64,000 nucleotides of DNA. It comes from Candidatus Marinacidobacterales bacterium (lineage in GTDB: Bacteria; Acidobacteriota; Vicinamibacteria; Marinacidobacterales; DATDRI01). The notes under the pieces are model-generated. The model made no database searches. It was not told the DNA's origin and worked only from the letters and a program-made list of their open reading frames with translations. The DNA is taken from positions 5,629,530 through 5,693,529 of the forward strand of contig CBDCNP010000002.1 of the NCBI GenBank assembly GCA_965219415.1, in the 5' to 3' direction. Positions within the stretch are counted from its first letter, which is position 1. Every line of letters begins with the position of its first letter. The translations under genes and the position numbers were made by a program. This document shows positions 45,790 through 56,114 of the stretch, in pieces.

Positions 45790-47046
45790 CTGTGCCTTCT
45801 ATTTATTCATTCGCGCCCCCCGAACTTGATTAGTCTCCGGTCTGTCGGCACCATGCCGGCATGATTTCGTCGTTTGTTCGCGCTCTCATCTCTACCTTCA
45901 AGGCTCGTCGCGAGCTGGCTCTTGAGAATGTCGCTCTTCGGCAGCAGCTCGCCGCCCTCCGCCGTTCGGTGAAACGGCCGCGGCTCTCGAAGGTCGACCG
46001 TGGGTTTTGGGTGCTGTTGCGCAGAATCTGGACTGACTGGGAGAGTGTCCTGGTCATCGTGAAACCTGAGACGGTCGTCCACTGGCACCGTTGTGGGTTC
46101 AGACGATATTGGGCGTGGAAGAGCCGACGGCGTAGGCCCGGACGACCAGGCGTCGCTCCCGAAATACGTGAGCTGATACGGAACATGAGCAGGGCCAACC
46201 CTCTCTGGGGAGCTCCCCGCGTGCATGGCGAGCTAGCGAAGCTGGGCATCTCCATTTCCCAGGCTGCCGTCTCCAAGTATATGGTTCGCCATCGCACGCC
46301 ACCGTCCCATACTTGGCGGAGCTTTCTCGATAATCATGCAAAGGACTTGGTGTCGCTCGACTTTTTCACTTTGCCGACTGCAACTTTCAGAGTTCTGTTC
46401 GTCTTCATTGTCCTTCGCCACGACCGTCGCCGTATCGTTCATTTCAATGTCACCGAACATCCTTCTGCCGAGTGGACGGCGCAGCAAATGGTCGATGCTT
46501 TTCCATGGGACACGGCGCCTCGGTACCTGGTACGGGATCGAGACCAGACCTACGGAGCGTACTTCGATACTCGCGTCGACGGTCTCGGGATAGAGCAGGT
46601 CCTTACCGCACCGCGCTCCCCGTGGCAGAATCCATTGGTCGAAAGGATGATCGGCTCCATTCGACGTGAGTGTCTCGACCACGTGATCGTCCTCGATGAG
46701 CGACACCTGAAGCGAATCCTACGCAAATACCTCGACTACTATCATTCGTGCCGGACTCATTTGTCGCTTGAGAAGGACGCGCCCGAGCCTCGCCGGGTAG
46801 AGTCACCGGCGATGGGCAAAGTGAGAGCCATTCCAAAGGTCGGTGGTCTCCATCATTATTACACTCGACGCCCTGCTTGAGTCCGATCCGCTCGGAACCG
46901 CTGCGGGACTTCGCATCAGCTTACACCTCTAGCTCTGAGTAGAGCCGTCGCCGGCCCTCAAAACGTCCTACATGAAGACGACCAAAGCATCCTGGTTGCG
47001 GGCAGTTCGCCAATCTCATGCAAGTTCGAGTTTATGGAAGGGACAG
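45790..47046 (+). mobile_element. Complete integrase-core (rve) IS-like element F, CDS 45861-46880
   Basis: Imperfect TIR CTGTGCCTTCTATTTA / TTTATGGAAGGGACAG flanked by direct repeat GACC; SLDFF, RDRD, ERMIGSIRRECLD. Confidence 0.88.
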
Positions 47047-47136
47047 GACCTCTGTGTGGATCGAAACTCCTCAAATGAAGTCAATGCCCTCCAACTTCAG
47101 TAAAACTGGTGTGGGACTGAGGGTCCGCTGGCGAGG

Positions 47137-48790
47137 TTCGGGCATGAAGTGGCCGACCAAACCATCGGTAACATTCTGAAACGCCACGGCATTCCGTTCG
47201 CACCAGAGCGTCGGAAGACCACGACATGGAGGGAGTTCATCCGCTCGCACATGGACGTCCTCGCGGCGACAGATTTCTTCACCACGCAAGTGTGGACTCA
47301 GGGCGGGTTGGTGACGTACTACGTTGTGTTCTTCATACACCTGACTACCCGTCGAGTCCACGTCGCCGGCATCACGCCGCATCCGAACGAACAGTGGATG
47401 ACTCAAGTGGCTCGCAACGTAACCATGGCAGATGTCGGCTTTGTGTCCTCAAGCCGATACCTCATTCACGACCGGGACTCGAAGTTTTGCGAGTCGTTCC
47501 ACCGGACCATCGAGGCGGTTGGCGTTGCGCCCGTCAAGCTGCCTGCACGGAGCCCGGATTTGAACTCGTTCGCGGAGCGCTGGGTGAAGTCCGTCAAAGA
47601 GGAATGTCTCTCGAAGCTCATCCTGTTCGGCGAGAAGTCGCTCCGTCATGCGCTTAGGGAGTACGTCGTCTACTATCACCACGAGAGGAATCATCAAGGC
47701 AAGGAAGAATCTACTGCTGTTCCCAGCCATCGAACAGTTACCTCAGTCCGAGCGCAAGGTGCGCTCCCGTGAAGAGCTCTTGTCAATAGGTGTGTAAAAA
47801 AGTTCAGGCAGCAGCAACCTTCGACGACTCCGTTACCCTGTCTCCATCTTCAAATCGAACGCCCAGGTGAACCTCTCGCATCAGCTCCGGTGCGTTGAGC
47901 CGGCGAAAATTCTTCTCCGCAACCAGAAGCAGTTTGAAGATTGTCGCAGTGGCGGACTCGACTTTCTTGAACCTTTTGGCCGCATCCGTTCTCAATCTCA
48001 GTGCAGCGAACGGTGACTCCACGACGTTGCTCGTGCGAAGGTGTTGCCAGTGAGGCTTGGGAAAGGAATAGAAGCTGACCATCCGCTCCCAATCCTCGTC
48101 GAGCACGTGCGCGGCCCCCGGAAGACCCTTGCGCAAGCACCAATCCTGGAACTTGGCCTTCTTCGTCTCGCACTCCTGCAGGCTGGTGGCGTAGGGGATC
48201 GCCGTCAACAGCGGCTTGGCCTGCGCCTGGTCCCTTTGCGGAGCGCCAGATCGAAATCTCCGTGAGCTAGTCCATGCAGGTACAGCTCCGGAATCAACTC
48301 GCTCACCGTTTCGCTCCGACGCTTGAACAGCGGAAGCACTCGACTTTCGAACCTCTCCTCCACGTCCCGTACTCTCGGCCGGCGAACCGTCACCGTGCCC
48401 ACGCTCATCGTCAGCTTCCGAGGCTTACCGTATCCATTTCGATAGCCCGCCGTTGTGTCCACGGGCTTCCGTCTCTCCGATTTCTCACGCCCGAGAAGCT
48501 CCGTGACTTCGGCTACCATCAGCTCCTGCACCCAATCCTGGATCTCGAGCCTCGCCCACTTCTCCAGCGACTCCCAAGCCACCCTTGACGAGCTCCGTCG
48601 TCTTGTGGTCTTTTCCTTCATGGCGGTGTCTCCTTCCGTTGGCCCCTTCACGCCGTGTTTCGTGACGCGGAAGGTTACTCCGCCTTTACTTTATTTCCAC
48701 ACCTTCTGAGGGTAGCTCCCCGTGAACGGCTTGGCGGGCTGCTACGTTTCTACCATCGGGAAGCCGCATGAGTATTTTGACCTCACGCCC
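47137..48790 (+). mobile_element. Integrase-core element X, 3' part, interrupted by IS256
   Basis: ATDFFTT, HDRDSKF, AERWVKSVKEECL; the C-terminus RERLGGLLRFYHREAA resumes after 48718. Confidence 0.85.
47774..48718 (-). mobile_element. IS256-family element, internally deleted copy
   Basis: Same TIRs as 33030-34401; 8-bp TSD CCCGTGAA; 945 bp versus 1372 bp. Confidence 0.95.
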
Positions 48791-48809
48791 AAGTTATTAA
48801 GAGAGTTGA

Positions 48810-48955
48810 GACCAGACTTCTACCCGGGCTATGATGTGAGCCCCGACGGCCAGCGGTTCCTGACGATCCGAACCCCGCCAGAAACGGCACCCCGAGAATT
48901 GAACGTGATCCTGAACTGGTTCCAAGAGCTCGAGCGGCTAGCGCCTACCAACTGA
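48810..48955 (+). pseudogene. C-terminal fragment of a TolB-repeat Ser/Thr kinase-type protein
   Basis: YDVSPDGQRFL...LNVILNWFQELERL. Confidence 0.75.
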
Positions 48956-48971
48956 AGTCTGCGGCGTTTGT

Positions 48972-50141
48972 TTAGGACGTAGGCTTGCCTTCTACGGGAG
49001 CCACGAGCCAACCGGTTCTCGGGTTACCTCTAGTGATGCGCTGAGGCTTGGTCCCCGGAAGGAGCCGCTCGAAGTCACTGAAAAGCGAAGGTACACCGTG
49101 GGCCTCGAGCCATTCGCCGTCGTTCATCATGTTGAAATGAACGAGGCCGGCCTTTCCCACCTTTCCGATCACCTGTCCGGCGTTCACGCGGTCACCGATA
49201 TCCACCGTCACGCTTCCCGGTAACAGGTGACAGGTCAGCGTGTACTCACTGTTACCATGATCGATGGTGACGAGATTACCCGCGAACACATCCCCATCTT
49301 CTTCGAGGAACTCGCGAGCCGGCCTTGCGCCCCGACCGTAATCTTCGATGTCGTTGCGCACGTCGACGACGACACCGTCACCGGCCGCCAGCACGGATTC
49401 CCCGAAGCTCTCCTCGTCGGCCTTAGCAAAGTCCCATCCCATCGTCGTGAGGTTTCGAAAACCGGTGCGCCGGTGGCCGGAGTTGACGTCGTTCCCTTTG
49501 AGCACTGCCCAGGTTCCGGAGAAGGGAAGCCGCAGTCTCGCTTTCTGCTCGTGGCGCGTGAGGGAGATGGAGTGTTCGAGAGTTCGCAACTCACCCTGCG
49601 CATTGCGGAGATGAAACATAAGGTGAATGTTGTCGACATCCGCATAGGCGGGTCGGACGAACGGAATTCGGATCCAAGTGATCCTTTCACCGGCCGGAAG
49701 CTCAGGCTCGGTGGCCACTTCCTTTCCGAACATCACGTTGTCGAGAAAATAGCCCGTGTCCAGTTGGTAGGCTCCTTCGATCCATTCCATGCTTTCCAGA
49801 TATTTCCGCGGCAGGGCTTCATGCCAAAGAGTTTTCTCGCCGCGCTTGAAGGAAATGTGCGCTTCGTCGAAACTCAGCGGCTCGTCTTCGCGCGATTCGA
49901 AGGCCAGGTGAAAGAGCCAGCTGAGGTCTTGGGTTTCTGCGGTGTCCCCGCTTTTCTTTGGAACCCCCTCGACGACGGTGTAGACGGTTTCCGGAACGGT
50001 CGTGACTTGGACTTTGGCCGGTGGTGGCACTTCAGTCCCGCCACATCCCATCCATCCCACCGAGAGCAACGAGATGATCAGAGCAACCAGGCTCTTATCT
50101 TTCATGATCCATCCTCCTGGGGACTGCTCGTGGCCTGACAT
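48972..50141 (-). CDS. M23-peptidase-like putative lipoprotein
   Basis: Hydrophobic signal ending MGC; VLAAGDGVVV, GNLVTIDHG, CHL, GQVIGKVG; the HxH motif is degenerate (LVHF). Confidence 0.75.
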   Translation of the reverse strand: MSGHEQSPGGWIMKDKSLVALIISLLSVGWMGCGGTEVPPPAKVQVTTVPETVYTVVEGVPKKSGDTAETQDLSWLFHLAFESREDEPLSFDEAHISFKRGEKTLWHEALPRKYLESMEWIEGAYQLDTGYFLDNVMFGKEVATEPELPAGERITWIRIPFVRPAYADVDNIHLMFHLRNAQGELRTLEHSISLTRHEQKARLRLPFSGTWAVLKGNDVNSGHRRTGFRNLTTMGWDFAKADEESFGESVLAAGDGVVVDVRNDIEDYGRGARPAREFLEEDGDVFAGNLVTIDHGNSEYTLTCHLLPGSVTVDIGDRVNAGQVIGKVGKAGLVHFNMMNDGEWLEAHGVPSLFSDFERLLPGTKPQRITRGNPRTGWLVAPVEGKPTS

Positions 50142-50288
50142 CTACCAAAGCTTCCGGGCGCGAAGCAAACGGCCAGCGGAATCATTGCGTTTTGACCAAG
50201 CTTTCCGGCGTGCTGCAAGCGAGGGCGTCGCCTGACTCTTAGCGGCCCTGGACTTCGGCCAATCGACGATACGGAATGTTGGCGTCAG

Positions 50289-50501
50289 TTACTCGTTGGA
50301 CGATCGCCCACCCACCACGCTCCATCCACCCCGACAGTGCTTGCGGCGATACAGCAGCGGCCCGACGCTCGAGTCGGCGGCAGAAGTCGGCAGCGTGTCC
50401 GTCGTCACGGCAACGGCACCTTTCGGTTGGACGAGCGGTAGCAGAGGCGCAGTTGCTAAAGTGAGCAGCACCCGCCTCCGAGTCAGCGTTAGCTTCTCCA
50501 T
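50289..50501 (-). CDS. Small ORF with a TAT-like signal (possibly a remnant)
   Basis: AGGAGG RBS; LTRRRVLL. Confidence 0.4.
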   Translation of the reverse strand: MEKLTLTRRRVLLTLATAPLLPLVQPKGAVAVTTDTLPTSAADSSVGPLLYRRKHCRGGWSVVGGRSSNE

Positions 50502-50527
50502 TATCGCAGTTCCTCCTGAGTTGCCCC

Positions 50528-52198
50528 TTACTGTGGGTGCCAGTCGCCACCGACCGGAAACGTTATGTGGCCGTCGACGGTTTCCGGTGCAAGCGATGGA
50601 ATACCGCCGAGGCGAGACAGTATGTTGTGTGTCATTTTCTCGACATACCAGTCGCGTTTGATCAAACCCTGAACCCATTCGCAGGTACCCGCATTGAAGC
50701 CGGTTCCCCCAACGCGCTGGTAGGTCACCATACATGCCATCCTCGGGGTCGGATTGTTGTCCTGGGGGGCAATCGGAAACCCTGTGTTCAAAGGGGCCAT
50801 ACCTTCCCAGCGGTCCTCGTCGCCGAGCGGGATCGGCAGCATACCGATGATCTCCAGATTCTCAATGTGTGGATAGTTCGCAGTCACGACAGGGAGGCCG
50901 TCCTTCATCTGCCAATCGTCGTTCAAAATGCCGTCGAGCTCGAAGGCCGCGATGCCAACCGGGACGCCGCCCAACAGGTCGCCATAATAAAGATCCGTGC
51001 CCGAGAGCGTCCAATGGTTTGGCCGATAGATAAGGTACCCCGCCGGCGAGCGCGGCCCCGTGTTTCCGTAACGCAGATAGCCGGTGGCGTGGAGTCCGAA
51101 GGTGCTGTTGACCGGCTCCGCGAATCCCTCTTGCGGTGCCGAGCCGTCTGCTCTCGAGCCGCGCGCCTGCGTCGTTCCGTTGTTGCCCAACGTCATGCGC
51201 GCCGCGTTGAAGATGTTGCCGCCGAATCGCGCGAAGTTGTTGCCCGCTTCGAGAAACTTGTCGAGCACGCTGCGCATCTTCTCGCTGTAGTACTCGTCGT
51301 GTCCAACGGCGATTGCGCAGCGATGACCGTCGAGTATGTTCGGGTCTTCGTCGAGGTCCTGCTGCGTAATAATGTCCAGCTCGTAGCCCACTTCTTCCAT
51401 CCATACCACAAAAGGACGTTCATAGGTTGCCCAAAAGGCGTCGTTGAAGTGGGGCGAGTAGCCGTGGAACCGGGCCCACTCATAGACCGGAAAGCGAACC
51501 CGCCAGAATGGCGGCTTATCGCTGTAATCCGCCTCGCGCGGATAACCCGGCGGCAGGCGCAGCATGCCGCGCGCCAGCGGACGCTGCGTGGAGACCACGG
51601 CCGCCCCGATATTCTTTCGAGGATCGGGATTGTCGAGTGGTAGTCCTTGATACAGGTTCGCCCCGCCCCAGTCGTTATAGGCGTTCATCGTAGACGTGGT
51701 CATGATCAGGACCAGCGGTCGCCGCTCCTCGGGCCGCGGTCGCAACACGAAGAAATGCTCGCGCTCGAAGAGCTCGCCTTGCTCATCCCATGTCTTGACG
51801 ATAATGAGATAGAAACCGCTCTCCCATTGCGGATCGATGAGCACGGTCAACAGCACGGGCCATCCAGAGCCGATCTGGTAGCAATCTCTCGGTGTTTCCG
51901 TGTAGCGGCCCGGCACGTTTGTGCGCTCGAACACCGTCGTCGGTCGCGCGCCGTCCTTCACAATCGTGACGTCGAACGTCTTGGTCGTCGAAGTGGCATG
52001 GATCTGGATCGTCTCACCGTGCGCGTAGCTGTATTTATCGGTGTAACAGTAGACCTGTGGTCCGTCTTCGATGGTGCCCGGAAACTCAATCGGCCAACCT
52101 CTTTGCGACCAGGCGTATTCCGGGTCGCGGCGTGGACGAGTCGACGGACGATCGATCAGGAAATCTTGCATAGGCCACCTCCGTGCTTTGGTCGCCAT
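50528..52198 (-). CDS. N,N-dimethylformamidase beta-subunit-family protein
   Basis: YTDKYSY, WESGFY, TMNAYNDWGG, VGHDEYYS, FGGN, FNAGTCEW. Confidence 0.8.
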   Translation of the reverse strand: MATKARRWPMQDFLIDRPSTRPRRDPEYAWSQRGWPIEFPGTIEDGPQVYCYTDKYSYAHGETIQIHATSTTKTFDVTIVKDGARPTTVFERTNVPGRYTETPRDCYQIGSGWPVLLTVLIDPQWESGFYLIIVKTWDEQGELFEREHFFVLRPRPEERRPLVLIMTTSTMNAYNDWGGANLYQGLPLDNPDPRKNIGAAVVSTQRPLARGMLRLPPGYPREADYSDKPPFWRVRFPVYEWARFHGYSPHFNDAFWATYERPFVVWMEEVGYELDIITQQDLDEDPNILDGHRCAIAVGHDEYYSEKMRSVLDKFLEAGNNFARFGGNIFNAARMTLGNNGTTQARGSRADGSAPQEGFAEPVNSTFGLHATGYLRYGNTGPRSPAGYLIYRPNHWTLSGTDLYYGDLLGGVPVGIAAFELDGILNDDWQMKDGLPVVTANYPHIENLEIIGMLPIPLGDEDRWEGMAPLNTGFPIAPQDNNPTPRMACMVTYQRVGGTGFNAGTCEWVQGLIKRDWYVEKMTHNILSRLGGIPSLAPETVDGHITFPVGGDWHPQ

Positions 52199-52439
52199 CC
52201 TACCTCTTTTTGGTATTCGCGAAATCTGAACCGCTTGTTTAGGAACTTATTCATTTCGTTCTTGAATGCCAAGTCACGAGTCACCCCAAATCACCGTGCT
52301 ATCACTAAGGAGGAATCCATCATCTCCATGACCTTGAACGTTTCGTTCTTCACCAGCGGACCGGTGGTCTTGAAAATCTCTTGGACATCGGGTGGAGGAT
52401 CACAACGCCAACTCTTCGGTTGGCCGACGCCGCTTGGAC

Positions 52440-53393
52440 CTATGAACGATAGCAGACTTCCGGTAAGATGCAGAGCATTTCGTATAGGAGGTTGGCGGCC
52501 AGGAGCGCGGTATTTCCGGACGTGTCGTAGGGTGGTGCCACCTCCACCACGTCGCAACCCACTACGTCCAGGCCTCGGCAACCGCGGACGACCTCGATGC
52601 CTTGCACAACCGTGAGGCCGCCGATTTCCGGTGTCCCTGTACCAGGGGCGTGCGCGGGATCCAGACCGTCCACGTCGAAGCTAATGTAAACGGGCCCTTT
52701 TCCCAACTGGTCTCGAACTTCGGCCATGAGTGGGTTCAACGAGCGATGCCAGCAGTCTTGGGCGGGCACAACCCGGAACCCCTGAGCTCGCGACCAATCG
52801 AAATCTTCGGCGGTGTAGCCGGTGCCTCGCAAACCGATTTGAACGACTCGCGGGCCGTCGACCAAGCCCTCCTCGACAAGCCTCCGGAAGGGGGTCCCGT
52901 GGGTGACCTTCTCCCCAAACATCTCTGCGTTGGCGTCGGCGTGGGCATCCACGTGCACGACTCCCAGTGGTCCATGTTTCTCATGAAGCGCTCTCAATAC
53001 CGGAAGCACAATAGTGTGGTCTCCTCCTAGGGTCAGGGGCCGGCAGCCGTTGGAGCAGATAGCGTGATAGGCCTCCTCGATGATGGCCATGCTTTTGTCG
53101 ATGTTGAAAGTATTGATCGCGACATCCCCCAGATCGGCAACTTGAAGGCTATCAAAGGGCGCAGCACCGGTGGCCAGGTTGTAGGGGCGAATCAGGCAGG
53201 ACTCGGCTCGGATTTGCCGAGGGCCAAAGCGTGCACCGCTCCGATTCGAAGTTCCGATATCGAAGGGTATGCCGACGAAGCAAGCATCGAGCCCTTTCGA
53301 TGTCGTCTGAGACGGCAGCCGCATCATCGTGGCGGGTCCCCCAAAGCGGGGCATCTCGTTTCCACTCAGAGGTTGGTTGAATTGTTTACTCAT
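52440..53393 (-). CDS. speB: Agmatinase/guanidinobutyrase (ureohydrolase)
   Basis: GGDHT, DAHAD, HGTPF, SFDVDGLDPAHAPGTGTP. Confidence 0.9.
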   Translation of the reverse strand: MSKQFNQPLSGNEMPRFGGPATMMRLPSQTTSKGLDACFVGIPFDIGTSNRSGARFGPRQIRAESCLIRPYNLATGAAPFDSLQVADLGDVAINTFNIDKSMAIIEEAYHAICSNGCRPLTLGGDHTIVLPVLRALHEKHGPLGVVHVDAHADANAEMFGEKVTHGTPFRRLVEEGLVDGPRVVQIGLRGTGYTAEDFDWSRAQGFRVVPAQDCWHRSLNPLMAEVRDQLGKGPVYISFDVDGLDPAHAPGTGTPEIGGLTVVQGIEVVRGCRGLDVVGCDVVEVAPPYDTSGNTALLAANLLYEMLCILPEVCYRS

Positions 53394-53422
53394 CTACGGG
53401 TCATTCCGCTCGCTCAGGGTGG

Positions 53423-54847
53423 TCATCCTCGAACGTAACCGCCGCGACCGGCGGGCATCACGAACAGACGGGTCAGCAGGTAGTAGGAGCACATGGTGAC
53501 CACCATCGCCGGCAGCGACGCCGAAAGGTGTTGAAAAGCACTACCGTTGGCAAAGGTGAAGGGGTCGAACAACAAAAAGTAGGTAGCAACGCCCAATCCA
53601 ACTGACAGGATTGCCAGAAGATTGACACCTGCCCAGAAGAAGTAGGGACTAGACCGAGAGGTGTTAAAGATCTTCCGAATGTCAATCCGCTGTCCTCGCA
53701 ACAAGAAGAAGTCGACCAACCACAGGCCGGCGAGCGGACTCATCAATGTACCGGTGATAGCCAGCAGAGTACCGAAGTGAGAGTACACCCATTGGGAGAA
53801 CAGCGTCAGCACAGCACAGGGCACGATGAAGACAGTAAGCAGGCGAGTCCAACTCATATGTTGAAACAATTTCCTTTGTCTCAGTGCCACGCAGGCCACG
53901 TAGACTGTTGAAACCGTTGCCGTGATGTTGCCGAATCCGATGAACAACAGCACGATGACGCCTAGGCCCACGCCCGCCATTGGAACCATCCATTGGGTGG
54001 GGTCACTGCTGCCGAAGCGAAGACCCGCGATCAAACCAACCACGCTTCCCATCACCGCAAAAAGGTTGAGACCAATCATGTTGGGCCAAAAGGCCGACCG
54101 CCTGGACTTGGAAAGACGTGACAGGTTCCCCATGAAGCACCACCAGCCGAACCCGGCACCAAGATTCAACTCGAAGACGATGATGTATCCTTCCCACCGG
54201 TCCACGGATGGATCCAACGGCGGTAATGCCAAAAGCTCCGCGATTGACAGCTCCCTGAGGATAATCACCACCATCAGAACCAGGATGACGCCGAGACCGG
54301 GAGCTACAAAACGGTTCAGCTCGCGAATAGACTTGGCCCCGCGTCTCAAAACGAGCCACACGAAACCTAGCCCTAGCAATGCGCAAGAGACAGTAATCCA
54401 GGTCTCCAGAACTTGGGATACGTCCACCAGCGTTCTTAGAATATTGAGGAAGACGTTCCCCAGCATGGCCATCAAGACGGCTGTCCATCCGACCCAGATG
54501 ACCTCTGCGAACGTCAGTGGGAAGAGCGTCCCCCTATGACCGAACACACTGCGAAGGAGAGTAAACTGTTCAATGCCATACTTATTGGAGACGATGGTAG
54601 TGGACAATGCCATCAACAAGACGGCGACTGAGTTGCCCGCCAGGATGGCGGCGATACCCATTTTCACACCGACGTAGTTTGCGCAAATGCCGCCGATCAA
54701 GAACACCCAGGTAGCGATCGCCAAACCGATGGTAATCAGCGTATAGTCGAGAAATCCCCAAATTCTCGCTTCCGGCAGGATGGGTAGAACTTCATTCCAA
54801 CTCTCGCGAGTTATCTCCTCCTCTACGCTCAACTCCTGCTCGCCCAT
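53423..54847 (-). CDS. NCS1 (purine-cytosine permease family) transporter
   Basis: ~12 TM segments; KYGI...LRSVFGHRG, SSDP, VDFFLLR. Confidence 0.85.
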   Translation of the reverse strand: MGEQELSVEEEITRESWNEVLPILPEARIWGFLDYTLITIGLAIATWVFLIGGICANYVGVKMGIAAILAGNSVAVLLMALSTTIVSNKYGIEQFTLLRSVFGHRGTLFPLTFAEVIWVGWTAVLMAMLGNVFLNILRTLVDVSQVLETWITVSCALLGLGFVWLVLRRGAKSIRELNRFVAPGLGVILVLMVVIILRELSIAELLALPPLDPSVDRWEGYIIVFELNLGAGFGWWCFMGNLSRLSKSRRSAFWPNMIGLNLFAVMGSVVGLIAGLRFGSSDPTQWMVPMAGVGLGVIVLLFIGFGNITATVSTVYVACVALRQRKLFQHMSWTRLLTVFIVPCAVLTLFSQWVYSHFGTLLAITGTLMSPLAGLWLVDFFLLRGQRIDIRKIFNTSRSSPYFFWAGVNLLAILSVGLGVATYFLLFDPFTFANGSAFQHLSASLPAMVVTMCSYYLLTRLFVMPAGRGGYVRG

Positions 54848-54868
54848 GATTTCTTTCTCGAGAGAACC

Positions 54869-55093
54869 TCAGTGCCATCCCCAAAACATTGCCAGGATGG
54901 GAAGCACGAGTCCCAACAGCACCATCAACAGATAGTCGAATCTGTTGAACTTTCCAAGGGGTGTAACGTCGCGCCCCTCCGGTGCCAGGATGGTGAGCCT
55001 CCTTTCAAGCTCTTGGTGAAAGGCGCTCCCGAGCGTATCAGCGGAGCCGTCCGCGTCGGACGACGAGCTCTGATTGTGATCCTTCATTATCAT
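54869..55093 (-). CDS. Small single-pass membrane protein preceding the permease
   Basis: ELERRL...FNRFDY plus a C-terminal TM helix; operon-like spacing. Confidence 0.65.
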   Translation of the reverse strand: MIMKDHNQSSSSDADGSADTLGSAFHQELERRLTILAPEGRDVTPLGKFNRFDYLLMVLLGLVLPILAMFWGWH

Positions 55094-55235
55094 GGTTACT
55101 CACTGTCGCTGGTCGGGACCGCGACGGACCGCGCATCTTGCCGTGCGAGCAAATAGCGAGTCCCGTGCGTGAAGCTGAGTGCTGGACTTGAAAGACTGGC
55201 CGGCGGACCGGATCAAAGTGAGGCTTCGGCGTCGA

Positions 55236-56063
55236 TTACGCTGCGCCGCTCGTCTCCCGTGCTCCTCGCTTGTGTTCGGCGACGGGCCGATGGCCGAGCT
55301 CACCCGAAATCTTCCAAGCCGCACTCGTTGCGAGTGAAATGAGTCGCTCACGTTCATTGGGAGAGAAACGGCTCTTGGGAACCGTGAGGCTTATCCCGGC
55401 TACCAGGGCGCCCTTCTCGTTAAACACCGGCGCACCGACCGCACAGACGCCATCTTCGTACTCCTCTTCCTCTACGGAATGACCGCATTCACGGATCTTC
55501 CTGAGCCGCTTCCTCAGGTCCGAAACATTAGTAAGGGTGCGAGAGGTGAATTGCTCGAGATGAATGCTCTTCAGCAGTTCCTCGCTTTCGCTATCCTGCG
55601 CGAACGCGAGAAAGAGTTTAGGCGAAGCTCCTACGTGCAACGGCAGCATCTCCCCCACTCGGTCTGAGACACGGAGCCTCCGGCCGCTCTCGCGATGGCC
55701 CACACAGACGGCATGATGACCGCGCCGTACGAGCAGATGTGCGACCTCCTGGCTCTCTTGCGCGAGCGATTCGAGATGAGGAGATACGAAGGAGAAAAAC
55801 TCGAAGTGTCGAGGTACGTGATGGGCCAACCGCATGAGAGTCACGCCAACTTGGTAGGCCTGCGTCTCGGGATCCTTTCTGAAATAGCCCCGAGCCTCGA
55901 GGGTTTGGAGAATCCGGAACGTGCGGTTCTTGCTGAGCCCAACCCTCCTGCTGAGCTCGCTCACTCCTTGCGAGGCCTGTGGCCATTCCAGAGTGCTCTC
56001 GAGCAACATTAGGGCCGCGTCCACGCTTGCGATCCGATTCTGTCTTGGGCGTCGTGGTGGCAT
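55236..56063 (-). CDS. IclR-family transcriptional regulator
   Basis: GVSELSRRVGLSKNRTFRILQTL HTH; PLHVGASPK, GVCAVGAPV. Confidence 0.92.
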   Translation of the reverse strand: MPPRRPRQNRIASVDAALMLLESTLEWPQASQGVSELSRRVGLSKNRTFRILQTLEARGYFRKDPETQAYQVGVTLMRLAHHVPRHFEFFSFVSPHLESLAQESQEVAHLLVRRGHHAVCVGHRESGRRLRVSDRVGEMLPLHVGASPKLFLAFAQDSESEELLKSIHLEQFTSRTLTNVSDLRKRLRKIRECGHSVEEEEYEDGVCAVGAPVFNEKGALVAGISLTVPKSRFSPNERERLISLATSAAWKISGELGHRPVAEHKRGARETSGAA

Positions 56064-56114
56064 ATCAATCGGTGACTACTAAATTAACTTTCAGGCTCGT
56101 GACGCCACTCCTTT